Shown here: positions 19,930 through 29,783 of the stretch, one piece after another
Numbering within the stretch: position 1 is the stretch's first letter
Layout: every line of letters starts with the position of its first letter
IMG/VR virus record: IMGVR_UViG_3300028909_000001
Reading direction: 5' to 3' (one strand)
Length of the DNA stretch: 64,000 nucleotides
From: a virus
Lineage: Duplodnaviria > Caudoviricetes
The notes under the pieces: model-generated
Databases searched by the model: none
Told to the model about the DNA's origin: nothing
The model's input: only the letters and a program-made list of their open reading frames with translations
Made by a program: the position numbers and the translations under genes

Positions 19930-20664
19930 ATGTTAAGTACTTTAAAACCATCTAATAATAGCAAAGTTAGATTTATTCCGAATCATAATAATACGTTTGG
20001 ATTGACACACGGTTCACCTAAGAATGGTGGGACATGTATTGGTGCAACTTGTGGTCCTGGCGGTTGTTTGGATATAAGAGATGGGCTTAAACGCCAGACT
20101 TGTTATGTTTCCAAGATTGTGCAGATTTATAAGAATGTGGGAAAAGTTTTAACAAGTAATTCTGAATTATTGGTGGGAAAAACCCAACCAGAAATGACAG
20201 AGTTACTTATTAGAACTTTTCAAACATTCAAAGATAACAATAAGAAGGAGAATTGGTATTATAGACTTCATTGGGCCGGCGATTTCTTTTCCGAAGACTA
20301 TGCCAGGGCTATGGTCGAAGCTTGTAGTACATTCCCAGAAATAAGATTCTGGGTATATACTAGAAGTTTTGACTTTGTACCTATTTTAGTTGAGGCTTCA
20401 AATTTAGCAGTATATCTTAGTTTAGACCCGGTAAATAAGGATAAAGGGTTAAAGATATATGAGGAATTGAGATATAGATATAATAATGTAGGGGTGGCTT
20501 TTATGGGACCTAGAGATGTTACCAATATTAAGTTTATTAATTGCCCGGAAACTCACGGGAAGATAGAAAATACTAAAGATAAAGGAGCTTGTGCCAAATG
20601 TAAGTTGTGTTTCACTTATACAGATAAGATACAACTAAGAAATATAGCATTTAGCTTACACTAA
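19930..20664 (+). CDS. Phage Gp88-like Cys-cluster protein
   Basis: TCxxAT-x-x-x-GGC...CY, RLHWAGDF, WVYTRS, C-terminal CxxCxxC. Confidence 0.65.
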   Translation: MLSTLKPSNNSKVRFIPNHNNTFGLTHGSPKNGGTCIGATCGPGGCLDIRDGLKRQTCYVSKIVQIYKNVGKVLTSNSELLVGKTQPEMTELLIRTFQTFKDNNKKENWYYRLHWAGDFFSEDYARAMVEACSTFPEIRFWVYTRSFDFVPILVEASNLAVYLSLDPVNKDKGLKIYEELRYRYNNVGVAFMGPRDVTNIKFINCPETHGKIENTKDKGACAKCKLCFTYTDKIQLRNIAFSLH

Positions 20665-20667
20665 ATT

Positions 20668-20937
20668 ATGATAAATGAAGAAACAAGCGTAACAGTGGAT
20701 TACATCAGAGATAATATTGATGAATTATTATCTTTGGCAAAGGAGAAGTTTGACAGGATTTATGGGACAGATGCGCATAGTAGAGAACCGATAGCATTTA
20801 CCCAGTTCGTGCATGCTCTAATATCATTTAGAACTGATATGTTAATTGATTTTTTAGGCAGCAATATAGATGATTTGAGGAAAGCATTCTTCTTAGCAAA
20901 CGAGATAGATTCCGATGACCTGAATTCTATTGATTAA
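20668..20937 (+). CDS. Hypothetical protein
   Basis: 89-aa ORF. Confidence 0.55.
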   Translation: MINEETSVTVDYIRDNIDELLSLAKEKFDRIYGTDAHSREPIAFTQFVHALISFRTDMLIDFLGSNIDDLRKAFFLANEIDSDDLNSID

Positions 20938-20942
20938 TTTAT

Positions 20943-21335
20943 ATGAAAAAACTATACGATTATTTAACCGGAAATTGGGAACATACAGACCTTAGATGTT
21001 CTGTTGCTGAACAATTAAAACATATAGATGAAGAATGTCGGAGTGCTTATGCATTAATACCTAAAGTAACTGAGGTAATTGCTAAGCTACAAAAAAAAGA
21101 AAAATTAAGTGAACTTGATAAAAATATTATAAATCTTGCATCGGCTCAGTATACATTAACTACAATAAATGTTAATAAACGATTTGCATATCTTACAGGA
21201 CAAGGACGAAATATTAATGAGTTTTTAACAAAGGTAATTGTAGGTCTTACTGTTATCTTAGTAGTTATTACAACATATCCTTGTATATTTCATGATATAT
21301 TAGGTTGGTTATATCATATAACAAAAATGTCGTAA
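20943..21335 (+). CDS. Hypothetical membrane protein
   Basis: C-terminal hydrophobic stretch VIVGLTVILVVITT. Confidence 0.55.
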   Translation: MKKLYDYLTGNWEHTDLRCSVAEQLKHIDEECRSAYALIPKVTEVIAKLQKKEKLSELDKNIINLASAQYTLTTINVNKRFAYLTGQGRNINEFLTKVIVGLTVILVVITTYPCIFHDILGWLYHITKMS

Positions 21336-21348
21336 ATAACATATCTAT

Positions 21349-21603
21349 ATGGGTAATCAAGTATTAACCAGGGCTAGTTATTGGACATATCTACCTAATT
21401 CGACTAAATCTTATTGGCAGAAGTTGGCAGATAGAAATATAGCTATTATATGTACTCATAGGGCAAGTTCTAGAACTTATCAAGGAGAAACTAGAGTAAG
21501 AATTGCTTCTACTGCTGGTAAATTCGGTAAAGCAGCAAAGATAGTTAATTTAGATATTTTAAAGATGTTAAATGATGGGTATGTCTGGCGAAGCTACCCA
21601 TAA
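21349..21603 (+). CDS. Hypothetical protein
   Basis: 84-aa ORF. Confidence 0.55.
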   Translation: MGNQVLTRASYWTYLPNSTKSYWQKLADRNIAIICTHRASSRTYQGETRVRIASTAGKFGKAAKIVNLDILKMLNDGYVWRSYP

Positions 21604-21735
21604 AATCAAAATTCCCCACAAAAAGCACCACAAAATTAAAAGTCTGGTCTAAAATAATTCGTGACCTGTTTATCGTGTCGTGATACAATTAATCAATAAA
21701 CAGGATTAACTGACACTAACTAAACACTAATTATT

Positions 21736-22038
21736 ATGAACAAGACTGATACTAAACCTATTATCGTTAAAATCAAGATTCTGGACCAAACTGGACACAC
21801 TACTTTGGAACAGGCTATTGATGATGCAATCAAGACCGCTTTTACCTATAATTTTACAAATGGTAAGAACATTAATGTACGTGGTGAAAACGGAGTAGTT
21901 CCTTTTGAACTATTCGCCAAGGATATTAATGATACGGAAGGATTGCTCAGTGATACGATTAGACTCCATAAAGCTCTCACTCAATTCGAAGACCCTTTAA
22001 TTTTCATTACTGGTGCTTTGGCTGGTGGAGCGAACTAA
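21736..22038 (+). CDS. Candidate ubiquitin-like (beta-grasp) protein ending LAGG-AN
   Basis: 100 aa, di-glycine two residues from the C-terminus, upstream of JAB and ThiF genes. Confidence 0.65.
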   Translation: MNKTDTKPIIVKIKILDQTGHTTLEQAIDDAIKTAFTYNFTNGKNINVRGENGVVPFELFAKDINDTEGLLSDTIRLHKALTQFEDPLIFITGALAGGAN

Positions 22039-22051
22039 ACGCGGAACCCTC

Positions 22052-22082
22052 GGAGCAAATCTAATACTAGTAGGTTTGCTCC
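22052..22082 (+). promoter_or_regulatory. Hairpin between Ubl gene and downstream genes
   Basis: GGAGCAAATCTA / TAGGTTTGCTCC 12-bp stem, no U-tract. Confidence 0.5.
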
Positions 22083-22097
22083 ACTTAATTTAAACCT

Positions 22098-24083
22098 ATG
22101 TCTTTTATCTCACCTGAAAACTTTCAATATTACGCTAATTACTTTGCTCAACTAACAAAAGCCAAATTAGACTATGAAATAAATAGATCTGAAAAATATG
22201 TTAGTGATGATCAAGGGAATTCAGCATATCAAGTAACCTTTCATCCAATTTTTAAGAATATTACGACTTTAGACCAATTAGCCTCAGTTTGGTCAGCTGC
22301 TCCCAACCCTATACCTGTAGATGCTATTAGAGGTGGGGTTATAACTGATGAGTTGCTTAGAAATCCCAACTGTTGCATAGTTAGTGGAAGTGTGTATAAA
22401 CAAAACATTACTTCAATTAAGTTTTATGCTAATAGTGTGTTTGATTCAACTAATTGTAATGTAAAAATTTACTTAATAAACAATACTGTCCTTGAAAGAG
22501 TGGTAAATGCTAGGACTATCAGAGTATGTAGTTTGGGCAGTCTTTATAACAATGGTAAGATTGTTTTCTGTGGTGATGAAAACACTCCCTGGTTTAATTA
22601 TATAGATAAAGGGCATATCATAATATTTGCTTCTGCTGGAGAACAGATGGAGGGTAATAGCCGTACATTTGTCACAGATGCTATAACTTTGGATATGAAC
22701 TATATAATTGCAGCAGCTTCCATCTATCCTCCCGCCATAGATGATATATTACAGAACAAAGCATTTATTCCTAGTAAGGATAGTAGACTAGCTTTGTTAA
22801 GGGTGGAGAAAGCTATTCCAGCCAGATATCGAGAAGCTTATTTAGCTAGAAAAGCCAAGATACAGGAAGACTTTAGCAAAAATACCACTAATGTAATGAT
22901 TGGTAAATTGACTAGGAAAGAAAGTCCGTTTATTGAGCTTAACGGTATCAAGATAACTGCTACCAAAGCTGATTATATAGCTGGTCATGTAACAATAGAA
23001 GCCAATAATCTAGCTGAAGTTGTCTTTGCTAAACTAAATCCCAATGAAACGGAATGGGATATATTCACATTGATAAACATATATACTGATTGGGTTAATG
23101 AACAATTCAGAAACTTGCCACTTAATGCTGATGGGTCTGGCTGTTCAGCAGCCAAATCGTTCTCATTTAAAATCAATGATATTCCGTTAAAGGTGAGTTG
23201 TTTTACTGAGAATACTAGGAGGGCGGTAAATGATCACTTAATCAATGTAGATGAGCTGAGTGCTGTTCTTAAAAGAGCTAGTTGTTATCAAGCAGTTGAA
23301 GGCGAGGATAATGTAAAGAACTTTGACAAGTTTATTTCTAATGTATCCAGGCATTCATTGAAGATTCGTGATATCTGGTCTAATGGTATGCCAGTTAAAA
23401 CTGTTTACTTAGAGAGTGACAGGAATAGTTACGGTAAACAGGCTACTATGAAGCATCCTAAGCTAAGGTTTATTCATAAAGATAAGAAGGGTTTCTATCT
23501 AATAGTGAATCAATATGATAGTAAGAATAAGTCTAAGATCATTTCGACTAATGAGTATAGAATAGGTAAATTTGCAGCATTCATTAAAAGGGTGGAACAG
23601 GCGAACAGAAGTAATTATATGAATTATGTTCATGATTATAGTCGAAATTCTGAAGGTTACTATCTACCACTATCAGGAACTAACAAATGTGCAACTGAAC
23701 TATTAATTATTTTAGCTGAATTTGCTGGTGATATTACTGAAGAGGATAAGAAGGCATTGATAGGTTCCATTAATTATGAGCTGAGTGAAGCTGAAAAGAA
23801 ATCTGAAGAATTGTTGAAAGAAGCTTGTCAACTAACTAACTCTAAAGAAGGTACTAGAGACGGCAAGGTTGGCTATATAGTACCAGGAAAGATGAGAACT
23901 TATTTCGTTGAAGCTGAAGGTACCCATAAAGTTTACGATAATGACCCCAAAGCTACTAATCCTTATTTCTGTGTAGTTAATAAAGGAGATATGGGTGTAG
24001 GTAGAGATGCATTAGTAGCTCGTATATTCGCGCTACATAATGACCAGATGATGGCTAAACAAATTCACACATTACAAAGATAA
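22098..24083 (+). CDS. Large hypothetical protein of the Ubl cassette (possible E2-like or substrate)
   Basis: 661-aa ORF between Ubl and JAB; no motif recognised with certainty. Confidence 0.6.
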   Translation: MSFISPENFQYYANYFAQLTKAKLDYEINRSEKYVSDDQGNSAYQVTFHPIFKNITTLDQLASVWSAAPNPIPVDAIRGGVITDELLRNPNCCIVSGSVYKQNITSIKFYANSVFDSTNCNVKIYLINNTVLERVVNARTIRVCSLGSLYNNGKIVFCGDENTPWFNYIDKGHIIIFASAGEQMEGNSRTFVTDAITLDMNYIIAAASIYPPAIDDILQNKAFIPSKDSRLALLRVEKAIPARYREAYLARKAKIQEDFSKNTTNVMIGKLTRKESPFIELNGIKITATKADYIAGHVTIEANNLAEVVFAKLNPNETEWDIFTLINIYTDWVNEQFRNLPLNADGSGCSAAKSFSFKINDIPLKVSCFTENTRRAVNDHLINVDELSAVLKRASCYQAVEGEDNVKNFDKFISNVSRHSLKIRDIWSNGMPVKTVYLESDRNSYGKQATMKHPKLRFIHKDKKGFYLIVNQYDSKNKSKIISTNEYRIGKFAAFIKRVEQANRSNYMNYVHDYSRNSEGYYLPLSGTNKCATELLIILAEFAGDITEEDKKALIGSINYELSEAEKKSEELLKEACQLTNSKEGTRDGKVGYIVPGKMRTYFVEAEGTHKVYDNDPKATNPYFCVVNKGDMGVGRDALVARIFALHNDQMMAKQIHTLQR

Positions 24084-24089
24084 AAAAAT

Positions 24090-24488
24090 ATGACTCGTGA
24101 AGATTTAACCTTCGCGACCTGTTATCAACTAGCACAACTTATTTCTGAAGACTGGGAAAACCAGCCTTCAGAAGTAAAGCATGCTATTTATCTATTAAAA
24201 CCAATAGATGAACCAGGTGAATTATTTTGGGGAGTTCCTCCAATAGTAAATCCACTTAAGTTAGCAGCGTCAGAAAGGGAACCAGACTCCATAAGATTGA
24301 ATAGAAAACTATATGAACTAGAAGTAGTTTCAAAGTGTTTTAAACTAATAATTGAACATTCTGATCAATGGCAAACACAAAATTCTGACGACCTAAAAAA
24401 GGAAATCATTTCAAGAGTAAAAGAATATGAAGAAGAAATCATTAGCATCTCTAAACCTGTGCCTTTTACATGCCATATCCAAATATGA
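24090..24488 (+). CDS. Hypothetical protein of the Ubl cassette
   Basis: 132-aa ORF overlapping JAB start. Confidence 0.55.
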   Translation: MTREDLTFATCYQLAQLISEDWENQPSEVKHAIYLLKPIDEPGELFWGVPPIVNPLKLAASEREPDSIRLNRKLYELEVVSKCFKLIIEHSDQWQTQNSDDLKKEIISRVKEYEEEIISISKPVPFTCHIQI

Positions 24489-24924
24489 TGATGATTTATT
24501 AGAAGAACAAGGTGGATTTATATTAAAAGAAGTTGGTGTGGATAACTATGAATTTGTACCAGTTACTAATGCCTTAACCGGTACGCATGCCGCTAAAGGT
24601 TTGTATATAGCTGAAACAAGTGAATTTAATAATAAGGTTGCAGCTAGAACATTTGATGATACCTGGACTGTCTTTGCTAGTTATCATACTCATCCTTTAG
24701 GTATGCGAGCATTACCTAGCAATACTGATGTCTCAAAATTGTTCACTAATTTCCCGGTTAACTTTATCTATGCTCCTGATAGAGAGTTGAATAGATTTGA
24801 TTATAACCCAAACTATGTTAAAGATGGTTCTGATAGTAAGTGGATTTTTACTAATGTAAGTAACTTTAATGGCTTTAAAGGAGATAATAAAATTGAAAAA
24901 TGGATTGAATCTGAAAATTTATGA
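24427..24924 (+). CDS. JAB/MPN+ metallo-isopeptidase
   Basis: EQGGFI...YHTHP-x7-S-x2-D JAMM motif. Confidence 0.85.
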   Translation: MKKKSLASLNLCLLHAISKYDDDLLEEQGGFILKEVGVDNYEFVPVTNALTGTHAAKGLYIAETSEFNNKVAARTFDDTWTVFASYHTHPLGMRALPSNTDVSKLFTNFPVNFIYAPDRELNRFDYNPNYVKDGSDSKWIFTNVSNFNGFKGDNKIEKWIESENL

Positions 24925-25202
24925 ATACTGAAACTAATACTGAAACTAAACCTGAAACTAATACTGAAACTAAACCTGTTATAGAAATAGATCCTTCATC
25001 AGTTGGGCATTTTTGTACTGTTAAATATGAGGATGAAGAAGAACCTGTTGATGGAATTATAGTTGAATATAATGATCCATGGTTTCTAGGTGATCCAACC
25101 GTAGCAGTTTTTCTTTTAGATGCGTATATAATTGATGCCTCAGTTGAATTGGACCAGATAATTGAAATAAGAGGGCTTGTAAAATCTGATAAATCTAAAT
25201 GA
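24921..25202 (+). CDS. Small acidic protein with N-terminal NTET/KPET repeats
   Basis: 12-nt tandem repeats at 5' end; ATGA overlaps. Confidence 0.55.
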   Translation: MNTETNTETKPETNTETKPVIEIDPSSVGHFCTVKYEDEEEPVDGIIVEYNDPWFLGDPTVAVFLLDAYIIDASVELDQIIEIRGLVKSDKSK

Positions 25203-25810
25203 AATCTAAAGTAAAAATAGATAGGATAGGAATTGCAGGACAAGGCGGAATTGGGGCTTTTTTAACTAGATTCTTGTTTGATTATGGAGCTAAACGTAAT
25301 CAATTTGACTTTAGTGGTTGTACAGTTGATACCTTCGATATCGATATCGTCGACGCCTCTAATCTTCTTCATCAAGATTTTACAGATGATGATATAGGTA
25401 GATACAAAGCTGACATTGTGGCTGAAAAGTGCTTAAATCTTGTAAATCCTAATAAAAGGTTTATGGAGGTTAAGGATTTTGAGAACTATGATGTTATTTT
25501 TAGCGCTGTAGATTCCATGTCCTTCAGGTCTTCACTCTACAAGTATGGATTCGATCACCCTAGTTTGATGTGGATTGATGGAAGATGTAGTTCTAGACAG
25601 GTAGGACTATATCACTCTAAATTGAGTAGAACGGTATTGGAAAAGGCAATTAATGATAGTAAAGAACGTACTGGATGTTTGTTGGAATATGACAAGAAAA
25701 ATAAAACTTCTCATGTAACTCCTCAAATAATCGCTGCTATGATGACTCAAACTTTTCTCAATTATATTAGAGATGAATTACAGCTTGACCCTGTTGTTCT
25801 TCTTTTGTAA
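25199..25810 (+). CDS. ThiF/E1-like adenylating enzyme
   Basis: GQGGIG, D-x-D-x-VD-x-SNL-x-x-Q, GRYKA, SAVD-x-x-x-x-R, WIDGR, downstream GC. Confidence 0.85.
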   Translation: MKSKVKIDRIGIAGQGGIGAFLTRFLFDYGAKRNQFDFSGCTVDTFDIDIVDASNLLHQDFTDDDIGRYKADIVAEKCLNLVNPNKRFMEVKDFENYDVIFSAVDSMSFRSSLYKYGFDHPSLMWIDGRCSSRQVGLYHSKLSRTVLEKAINDSKERTGCLLEYDKKNKTSHVTPQIIAAMMTQTFLNYIRDELQLDPVVLLL

Positions 25811-25832
25811 TATGAGATACGAAAATTAAAGC

Positions 25833-25863
25833 GAGGGTTGGCATATAATCTATACCAACCCTT
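25833..25863 (+). terminator. Intergenic hairpin
   Basis: GAGGGTTGG / CCAACCCTT stem. Confidence 0.5.
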
Positions 25864-25917
25864 CAAAACTAAAATATAAACAATGACAATAAACTAATAA
25901 CTAATAACTAATTAAAT

Positions 25918-26907
25918 ATGGCAATTATTCGTGCAAGTAAAGCGTTTGAAGGTAGTGAACTTACCCAAAAATCTGCAACCTATATCAAGTCCAATACCCG
26001 GATAGTGGATTTTAAGAATAAGGAGAATGGTGTTTACCTATTCCTTTTAGGGGCATATAAAGAAGATAGTGCTGGTAATGGTGTGTGGTATAAACCGGTT
26101 AAGATTCGTGATAATTACGGGGTGAGCATGTATAAAAAGAAATTTGCTATCCAGCCTAACTGTCCAATTGAGTATTTTGCAAATAAAGTGCTGCAATTTG
26201 CTCCTGATATGGCTAAGAGTAGGGAGATCGAGGAAGATGGCAGAAAGAAATGGATTTATCCAGTTTGGGGTAGGACTGCTTGGAGAGTGCTGTATAATGC
26301 TGCTATCTTCAATGATTATGGCGCTGGTGTTCATGTTTTGGATTTGCCTCAATCTGGTGGTGCTAGTGTGATTGATGAACATGTGAGAGGGAAGCAGGCA
26401 GATGGTTCACCAAATCTAGATATTACTGACTATGAGCATGCTGTTCCAATCAATATCAAGCTAGACTTGAAAGTGAAGGGTCAACCGTGGAAAATAGCTA
26501 TTCAGACGCAAAAGACTTATCCTTTGCCTCGTGAATTGGCAGATACTGATTATTTGTATAATCTGGATGAAGTTATTGCATATCCTGATAAACAAGCGCT
26601 TATTGATGAGCTTAAGAGTCTTGTACCTGTGGATATATTTAGAAAGGGCTTGGAAGGTTATTCAGATGGTCTCACTCCTGAATTTACATCTACTCCTGAA
26701 ACTCCAGAAGTAGATGTTAGGTCAGAAGTACCTCCAGTATATGAGAATCCGGTAGCTTCCATACCAAGGTCTAACACAGCTAAAACTGTGGCACCAACTG
26801 TAAGTATTCCAAAAGCTAATACTGAGCCTAAAGCTTCAGAACCAGTAGCTAGTAATAGTGATGTTTTGAAACGGGCGCAGGAATTCTTGAAGAATAAAGT
26901 TAAATAA
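25918..26907 (+). CDS. Probable single-stranded DNA-binding protein (gp32-like)
   Basis: Position before RecA, aromatic-rich N-terminal domain, low-complexity tail; assignment by context and appearance. Confidence 0.5.
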   Translation: MAIIRASKAFEGSELTQKSATYIKSNTRIVDFKNKENGVYLFLLGAYKEDSAGNGVWYKPVKIRDNYGVSMYKKKFAIQPNCPIEYFANKVLQFAPDMAKSREIEEDGRKKWIYPVWGRTAWRVLYNAAIFNDYGAGVHVLDLPQSGGASVIDEHVRGKQADGSPNLDITDYEHAVPINIKLDLKVKGQPWKIAIQTQKTYPLPRELADTDYLYNLDEVIAYPDKQALIDELKSLVPVDIFRKGLEGYSDGLTPEFTSTPETPEVDVRSEVPPVYENPVASIPRSNTAKTVAPTVSIPKANTEPKASEPVASNSDVLKRAQEFLKNKVK

Positions 26908-26915
26908 GTAACTCT

Positions 26916-26947
26916 GGGAGCACTAATATTAATTAGTGCTCCCTTTT
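26916..26947 (+). terminator. Rho-independent terminator
   Basis: GGGAGCACTAAT / ATTAGTGCTCCC followed by TTTT. Confidence 0.7.
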
Positions 26948-26950
26948 ATT

Positions 26951-28147
26951 ATGCCTACAAATAACGACGAAATATTCCAGAAATTGCTGGAAGCTACAGA
27001 ACATCAGTTTAAGAAGAAGTTTAAAGACACCAATGCCAAGTTTATTCTAGCTAGTGAAGAAAAGCCAGCTATTGGATTAATAGTAGATAATCCGGCTCTA
27101 GAATATATATTAGATAGAAGGTTTTTAGCTTACGGCAGATTTTATCTAGTATATGGTAAAAAGAGTTCTTCCAAGACTTCCTTATTCTATGAAATTGCCA
27201 AGATATTTCAAAAGAATAATGGCAAAGTAATCTGGCTTGAGACTGAAAATGCCATTGACTTGGATTACGCTAAGAGCCAGGGTGTGGATTTGGATAGTGT
27301 AATGTTAATTCATCCTCAGACATTGGAAGAAGCATTAAGTATAGCTGAATCATTTATTAGGAATTTAAGTAAGCTAGATCCGGATGGACAGATGCCTATT
27401 TTGATTTGTTTAGATAGTATTGCTGGTAGTACAACTGAATATGAGCAAGACACCTCTAATAATGTAACTGATACAATGCCAGGAGCACATGCTAGACTGC
27501 TAAGTAGGTTTTATCGAGAGATGGAACATCCTTTAGCAAATGAGCGTTGTGTGTTTCTGGCATTGAACCAGTTAAAGAAAGCGGTAGGTGGATTTACTCC
27601 GTTTGGTGGTGAAGCTGAGAGTATGATGGGTGGAGAAGCACCTAGATTTAGCAGTACATATCAAATTAAAATGGAAAAGATTAAGGATTTGACTGCTGAA
27701 GGAAAAGATGATGGTCCTGAGCGGAAATTTGGCTCCATTCATCAAATAACCTGTACTAGAAATAAGTTAGGGAGGGAAGGCAATACCCAAAGAATTAGAT
27801 TCGATCTATATATTGAGGGTGGTATTGATTGGTATTCTCCATTAGTATCTGAAACATTAGCTAAAAGTTATAAAGACTTGGTTACTGCTAAAGGTCCTAG
27901 GTACTCATGGAACATACCTGGAATGACTTATATTGATAAAGATGGTACGGAAAAACCTCTCAGTACTGAAGAAAGTTATTATGATAGGGATTTAGGGTAT
28001 ATGATAGCCCATAGTACACAAGCTAAGGAGGCTATTAGAACTGCTTTTGGAATCAGACCTCTTCCACCTCAAGCAGTAGTGGAAGAAGTTGAAGCTGAAA
28101 GACTTACTAAACGTAAGAAGAAGAAAGATGAAGAGAAATCATTATGA
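26951..28147 (+). CDS. recA: RecA/UvsX-like recombinase
   Basis: GKKSSSKTS P-loop, WLETENAID, ICLDSIAG, FLALNQ, GGEA, KNKL-like RNKL motifs. Confidence 0.85.
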   Translation: MPTNNDEIFQKLLEATEHQFKKKFKDTNAKFILASEEKPAIGLIVDNPALEYILDRRFLAYGRFYLVYGKKSSSKTSLFYEIAKIFQKNNGKVIWLETENAIDLDYAKSQGVDLDSVMLIHPQTLEEALSIAESFIRNLSKLDPDGQMPILICLDSIAGSTTEYEQDTSNNVTDTMPGAHARLLSRFYREMEHPLANERCVFLALNQLKKAVGGFTPFGGEAESMMGGEAPRFSSTYQIKMEKIKDLTAEGKDDGPERKFGSIHQITCTRNKLGREGNTQRIRFDLYIEGGIDWYSPLVSETLAKSYKDLVTAKGPRYSWNIPGMTYIDKDGTEKPLSTEESYYDRDLGYMIAHSTQAKEAIRTAFGIRPLPPQAVVEEVEAERLTKRKKKKDEEKSL

Positions 28148-28560
28148 AGAAATTAATCAAGAAATCTAAAGTAGTTAAACGAATTGTCAAACCAATTGTC
28201 AAACCAGTCAAGGCTAAGGTAAAGACTAAGATAAAATCCAAGACTAAAGCTAAGCTGGTAAGAAAGAAGATCAAAGTAGAGGAACCTATTGAGCCAGTCA
28301 AGTCTCATATTGCAGTGCTTACAAATGTTGAAGTTAAAGTACCTAAGACAGCTGAACAGACTGCAAACTCAAGTACAACTACATTTGAGAAAGTAGTCAG
28401 AATTAGTAGCATGCCATTTGAGCAACAGATGTCAGTAGTCTTTAATCCGTTACAAACCATGACTAAAACTGAATCTCCTCCAAACATAAGTGAGGCCACA
28501 AAAATAATTGAACATCAAAACGAAAATGAAACAACAACTCCTGATAATAACACCCCATAG
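28144..28560 (+). CDS. Lys-rich basic protein
   Basis: Very Lys/Val-rich N-terminal third, possibly DNA-binding. Confidence 0.5.
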   Translation: MKKLIKKSKVVKRIVKPIVKPVKAKVKTKIKSKTKAKLVRKKIKVEEPIEPVKSHIAVLTNVEVKVPKTAEQTANSSTTTFEKVVRISSMPFEQQMSVVFNPLQTMTKTESPPNISEATKIIEHQNENETTTPDNNTP

Positions 28561-29371
28561 TTTTGTAGACCTTATCACAAATAGTAGTACCGAGCTATTC
28601 GTGTGTAGTACTAAGAAATCAGTTGAAATGGTCGAGGAGCTTTTAAAGAAGCTCCTCCTAAACCATAATGAGATGCTGGATACTCCTAATCAGTATGTTT
28701 TTTCCGAAGTATTTAAGCCAGTGGAAATAGCCAAATATACATATGATAAGGAGTTATTCTCTAAAGATGTAGTAGCTAATTATCATAATTATCATTGGGA
28801 AGACGATAATTATAAATATGTTTCACAAAGGCAAAGGCCCGATTCTTATATCCAAGCTGAAATTGAAGAAAATAAGCTGAGAAAAGAACATCCTGCCATT
28901 GTAAATCGTCGTAAGTATGAGGAGGATGAGACAAAGGAAGAACAGAAAAAACGGGAAGAAGAAAATCGAGATTATTGGAAACAAGAGAATAGAATTTGGA
29001 CTCAGGTAGGTGTAGAAACATTAGGAACTGAAGTTGATTTGTTTATTGAATTCCTTAAATTAAACAAGGCTGAGCAGTATATTGATTTAGTGAATACTTG
29101 GGCAGATAAAGCTAAAGAAGATCACTTAAAAGAGCAAGGAGGTAAGTTTGTTGGGCTTCATAGAATAGTAAGTGAAGCTGAAGCTAACGAGGATAAAATA
29201 CCCAAAGAATTGGCTGAGTTATTTGACTTCTTTACTTTGGTTAACGGATATGAATTTTCTATCCATAAAGGTCAAATTCTAATCTATTCAGCTAATGATA
29301 ACACCATTCCTTATTCATTGTTTGAACAAATAGCTGAATATTTTTCAGCTAGACGATATCACATAGGTTAA
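28526..29371 (+). CDS. HSFVDLITNSSTE-motif protein (paralog A)
   Basis: N-terminal motif identical to next ORF. Confidence 0.65.
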   Translation: MKQQLLIITPHSFVDLITNSSTELFVCSTKKSVEMVEELLKKLLLNHNEMLDTPNQYVFSEVFKPVEIAKYTYDKELFSKDVVANYHNYHWEDDNYKYVSQRQRPDSYIQAEIEENKLRKEHPAIVNRRKYEEDETKEEQKKREEENRDYWKQENRIWTQVGVETLGTEVDLFIEFLKLNKAEQYIDLVNTWADKAKEDHLKEQGGKFVGLHRIVSEAEANEDKIPKELAELFDFFTLVNGYEFSIHKGQILIYSANDNTIPYSLFEQIAEYFSARRYHIG

Positions 29372-29375
29372 ATAC

Positions 29376-29777
29376 ATGATAAATACATTAAAGATTACAG
29401 TACATAGTTTCGTTGATCTAATTACGAATAGTAGCACAGAAATCTACATTCAAGCTACACAGAAGACAATAGAATCAATTACCAAACTAGTTGATAATAT
29501 TTTAACTGTGGCTGGTAGTACGTTTAAGTGTGAGGATTTGTTTGATATTACCATAGATAAAGAAAGTTTCTATAAGAATTATTATCATGGTGAGGAGGAA
29601 GGTGAACCTAAAAAGACAGTAGAAGAATTTTTTGACATGGAACTTGAAGCAGATGCATATAGAGATATACATATAACTGTAAAAGCCAAGATTAACACTT
29701 TGGCAGCTAAACAAGCAGCTGAAATATTAAGTAGCTTAACTAGTCTATTTTGTATGGAAGCTCGCTACGATGGATGA
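29376..29777 (+). CDS. HSFVDLITNSSTE-motif protein (paralog B)
   Basis: N-terminal motif identical to previous ORF. Confidence 0.65.
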   Translation: MINTLKITVHSFVDLITNSSTEIYIQATQKTIESITKLVDNILTVAGSTFKCEDLFDITIDKESFYKNYYHGEEEGEPKKTVEEFFDMELEADAYRDIHITVKAKINTLAAKQAAEILSSLTSLFCMEARYDG

Positions 29778-29783
29778 TTAAAC

